Shown here: one piece after another, positions 60,701 through 64,000 of the stretch
Position numbering within the stretch: the stretch's first letter is position 1
How the letters are laid out: each line of letters starts with the position of its first letter
Made by a program: the position numbers and the translations under genes
Assembly: GCF_039654945.1 (NCBI RefSeq)
Contig: NW_027361810.1
Coordinates: 186,001 to 250,000 of the forward strand
Source of the DNA: Dendrobates tinctorius
Taxonomy: Eukaryota
Length of the DNA stretch: 64,000 nucleotides
Reading direction: 5' to 3'
The notes under the pieces: model-generated
Seen by the model: only the letters and a program-made list of their open reading frames with translations
Told to the model about the DNA's origin: nothing
Database searches by the model: none

Positions 60701-60899
60701 AGGAGGTCACTTTACCACTGACAATCCCCTGCACGGAGGTCGTCAATGATGTGGCAGAAAATGACAACGGCGCCAAAATTCTGGAAAGGGAAGGCAACTG
60801 TACTGAGGCGTGTGACACCAGGACAGTAGGTGGTGAGAACTCCAGAGAACCCGAGGCTGGGGAGATGGAGTGAGGGAACGAGGACATTGAATCTTTAGA

Positions 60900-63800
60900 A
60901 AGTATTGATGATCGGATCTATTATAGGGCGGAGTATCGATGATCGGATCTATTATAGGGCAGAGTATTGATTACCAGATCTATTATAGGGCGGAGTATCG
61001 ATGATCGGATCTATTATAGGGCAGAGTATTGATTACCAGATCTATTATAGGGCGGAGTATTGATTACCGGATCTATTATAGGGCGGAGTATTGATTACCG
61101 GATCTATTATAGGGAGGAGTATTGATTACCGGATCTATTATAGGGAGGAGTATTGATGATCGGATCTATTATAGGGAGGAGTATCGATGATCGGATCTAT
61201 TATAGGGCAGAGTATTGATTACCGGATCTATTATAGGGCGGAGTATTGATTACCGGATCTATTATAGGGCGGAGTATTGATTACCGGATCTATTATAGGG
61301 AGGAGTATTGATTACCGGATCTATTATAGGGAGGAGTATCGATGATCGGATCTATTATAGGGCGGAGTATCGATTACCGGATCTATTATAGGGAGGAGTA
61401 TTGATTACCGGATCTATTATAGGGCGGAGTATTGATTACCGGATCTATTATAGGGCGGAGTATTGATTACCGGATCTATTATAGGGCGGAGTATTGATTA
61501 CCGGATCTATTATAGGGCGGAGTATCGATGATCGGATCTATTATAGGGCAGAGTATCGATTACCGGATCTATTATAGGGCGGAGTATCGATTACCGGATC
61601 TATTATAGGGCGGAGTATTGATTACCGGATCTATTATAGGGCAGAGTATTGATTACCGGATCTAATATAGGGCGGAGTATTGATTACCGGATCTATTATA
61701 GGGCGGAGTATTGATTACCGGATCTATTATAGGGAGGAGTATTGATTACCGGATCTATTATAGGGCGGAGTATTGATTACCGGATCTATTATAGGGCGGA
61801 GTATCGATTACCGGATCTATTATAGGGAGGAGTATCGATGATCGGATCTATTATAGAGCGGAGTATCGATGATCGGATCTATTATAGGGCGGCGTATCGA
61901 TATTCGGATCTATTATAGGGCGGAGTATCGATGATCGGATCTATTATAGGGCGGAATATCGATGATCGGATCTATTATAGGGCGGAGTATCAATGATCGG
62001 ATCTATTATAGGGCGGAGTATCGATGATCGGATCTATTATAGGGCGGAGTATCGATGATCGGATCTATTATAGGGCGGAGTATTGATTATCGGATCTATT
62101 ATAGGGCGGAGTATTGATGATCTGATCTATTATAGGGAGGAGTATTGATGATCGGATCTATTATAGGGCGGAGTATGGATGATCGGATCTATTATAGGGC
62201 GGAGTATCGATGATCGGATCTATTATAGGGAGGAGTATCGATGATCGGATCTATTATAGGGCGGAGTATCGATGATCGGATCTATTATAGGGCGGAGTAT
62301 CGATGATCGGATCTATTATAGGGCGGAGTATCGATGATCGGATCTATTATAGGGCGGAGTATCGATGATCGGATCTATTATAGGGCGGAGTATCGATGAT
62401 CGGATCTATTATAGGGCGGAGTATTGATTATCGGATCTATTATAGGGCGGAGTATTGATGATCGGATCTATTATAGGGCGGAGTATTGATGATCGGATCT
62501 ATTATAGGGAGGAGTATTGATGATCGGATCTATTATAGGGCGGAGTATCGATGATCGGATCTATTATAGGGCGGAGTATCGATGATCGGATCTATTATAG
62601 GGCGGAGTATCGATTACCGGATCTATTATAGGGCGGAGTATTGATTACCGGATCTATTATAGGGCGGAGTATTGATTACTGGATTTATTATAGGGCGGAG
62701 TATTGATGATCGGATCTATTATAGGGAGGAGTATGGATGATCGGATCTATTATAGGGCGGAGTATCGATGATCGGATCTATTATAGGGCGGAGTATTGAT
62801 GATCGGATCTATTATAGGGAGGAGTATTGATGATCGGATCTATTATAGGGAGGAGTATTGATGATCGGATCTATTATAGGGAGGAGTATTGATGATCGGA
62901 TCTATTATAGGGCGGAGTATTGATGATCGGATCTATTATAGGGCGGAGTATAGATGATCGGATCTATTATAGGGCGGAGTATCGATGATCGGATCTATTA
63001 TAGGGCGGAGTATCGATGATCGGATCTATTATAGGGCGGAGTATCGATGATCGTATTTATTATAGGGCGGAGTATCGATGATCGGATCTATTATAGGGAG
63101 GAGTATCGATGATCGGATCTATTATAGGGTGGAGTATCGATGATCGGATCTATTATAGGGCGGAGTATCGATGATCGGATCTATTATAGGGTGGAGTATC
63201 GATGATCGGATCTATTATAGGGAGGAGTATCGATGATCGGATCTATTATAGGGCGGAGTATCGATGATCGGATCTATTATAGGGCGGAGTATCGATGATC
63301 GGATCTATTATAGGACGGAGTATTGATGATCGGATCTATTATAGGGAGGAGTATCGATGATCGGATCTATTATAGGGCGGAGTATCGATGATCGGATCTA
63401 TTATAGGGCGGAGTATCGATGATCGGATCTATTATAGGGCGGAGTATCGATGATCGGATCTATTATAGGGTGGAGTATCGATGATCGGATCTATTATAGG
63501 GCGGAGTATCGATGATCGGATCTATTATAGGGCGGAGTATCGATGATCGTATTTATTATAGGGCGGAGTATCGATGATCGGATCTATTATAGGGAGGAGT
63601 ATCGATGATCGGATCTATTATAGGGTGGAGTATCGATGATCGGATCTATTATAGGGCGGAGTATCGATGATCGGATCTATTATAGGGTGGAGTATCGATG
63701 ATCGGATCTATTATAGGGAGGAGTATCGATGATCGGATCTATTATAGGGCGGAGTATCGATGATCGGATCTATTATAGGGCGGAGTATCGATGATCGGAT

Positions 63801-64000
63801 CTATTATAGGACGGAGTATTGATGATCGGATCTATTATAGGGAGGAGTATCGATGATCGGATCTATTATAGGGCGGAGTATCGATGATCGGATCTATTAT
63901 AGGGCGGAGTATCGATGATCGGATCTATTATAGGGCGGAGTATCGATGATCGGATCTATTATAGGGTGGAGTATCGATGATCGGATCTATTATAGGGAGG
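60900..64000. repeat. Satellite/minisatellite, 31/32-bp unit, runs off the window end
   Basis: gagtatcgatgatcggatctattatagggcg and variant gagtattgattaccggatctattatagggcg. Confidence 0.97.

Larger units (their letters stand above)
49161..60890 (+). mobile_element. Decayed Gmr1-like host LTR element (5' LTR about 49161-50658; protease remnant about 60045-60325)
   Basis: TG..CA-bounded segment with AATAAA near 50576, then a degenerate tRNA-Ala-like PBS TAGTGGAGATG (50661); sequence resumes after the CTCGC TSD into a Gmr1-type protease (VNGESVAGLLDSG...VHCVHG...VIGRDF...LW). Confidence 0.6.

Overview
Vertebrate genomic DNA, most likely from a frog (inferred from T2/Kolobok- and Harbinger-type MITEs, Tc1, L2 and Gmr1/sushi LTR families, and very dense minisatellites). 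Two host genes could be rebuilt exon by exon with consistent splice phases. CCDC14 lies on the + strand (13 coding exons, 14324-30420, 832 aa, one GC-AG intron). A CD63-like tetraspanin lies on the - strand (7 coding exons, 43251-37778, 243 aa), convergent with CCDC14. CCDC14 starts in a CpG-rich ETS/E-box promoter that may also drive a divergent spliced transcript. Nearly all long ORFs in the supplied track are read-throughs of tandem repeats and are not genes. Region 49.1-60.9 kb is a four-deep LTR retrotransposon nest. A decayed Gmr1-like host (+) contains a non-autonomous Tf1/sushi-type element (-, CTCGC TSD) that has a self-priming PBS instead of a tRNA PBS. That element contains a near full-length SCAN-domain Gmr1-type gypsy element (-, PR-IN-RT order, tRNA-Ala PBS), whose pol gene is split by a solo LTR (AGTTG TSD). 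An RT-deleted L2 LINE in CCDC14 intron 1 carries a viral 2A-like motif (GDISPNPGP) upstream of its endonuclease. Two minisatellites start on CCDC14 splice donors and copy them. All calls were made by eye with no database searches.
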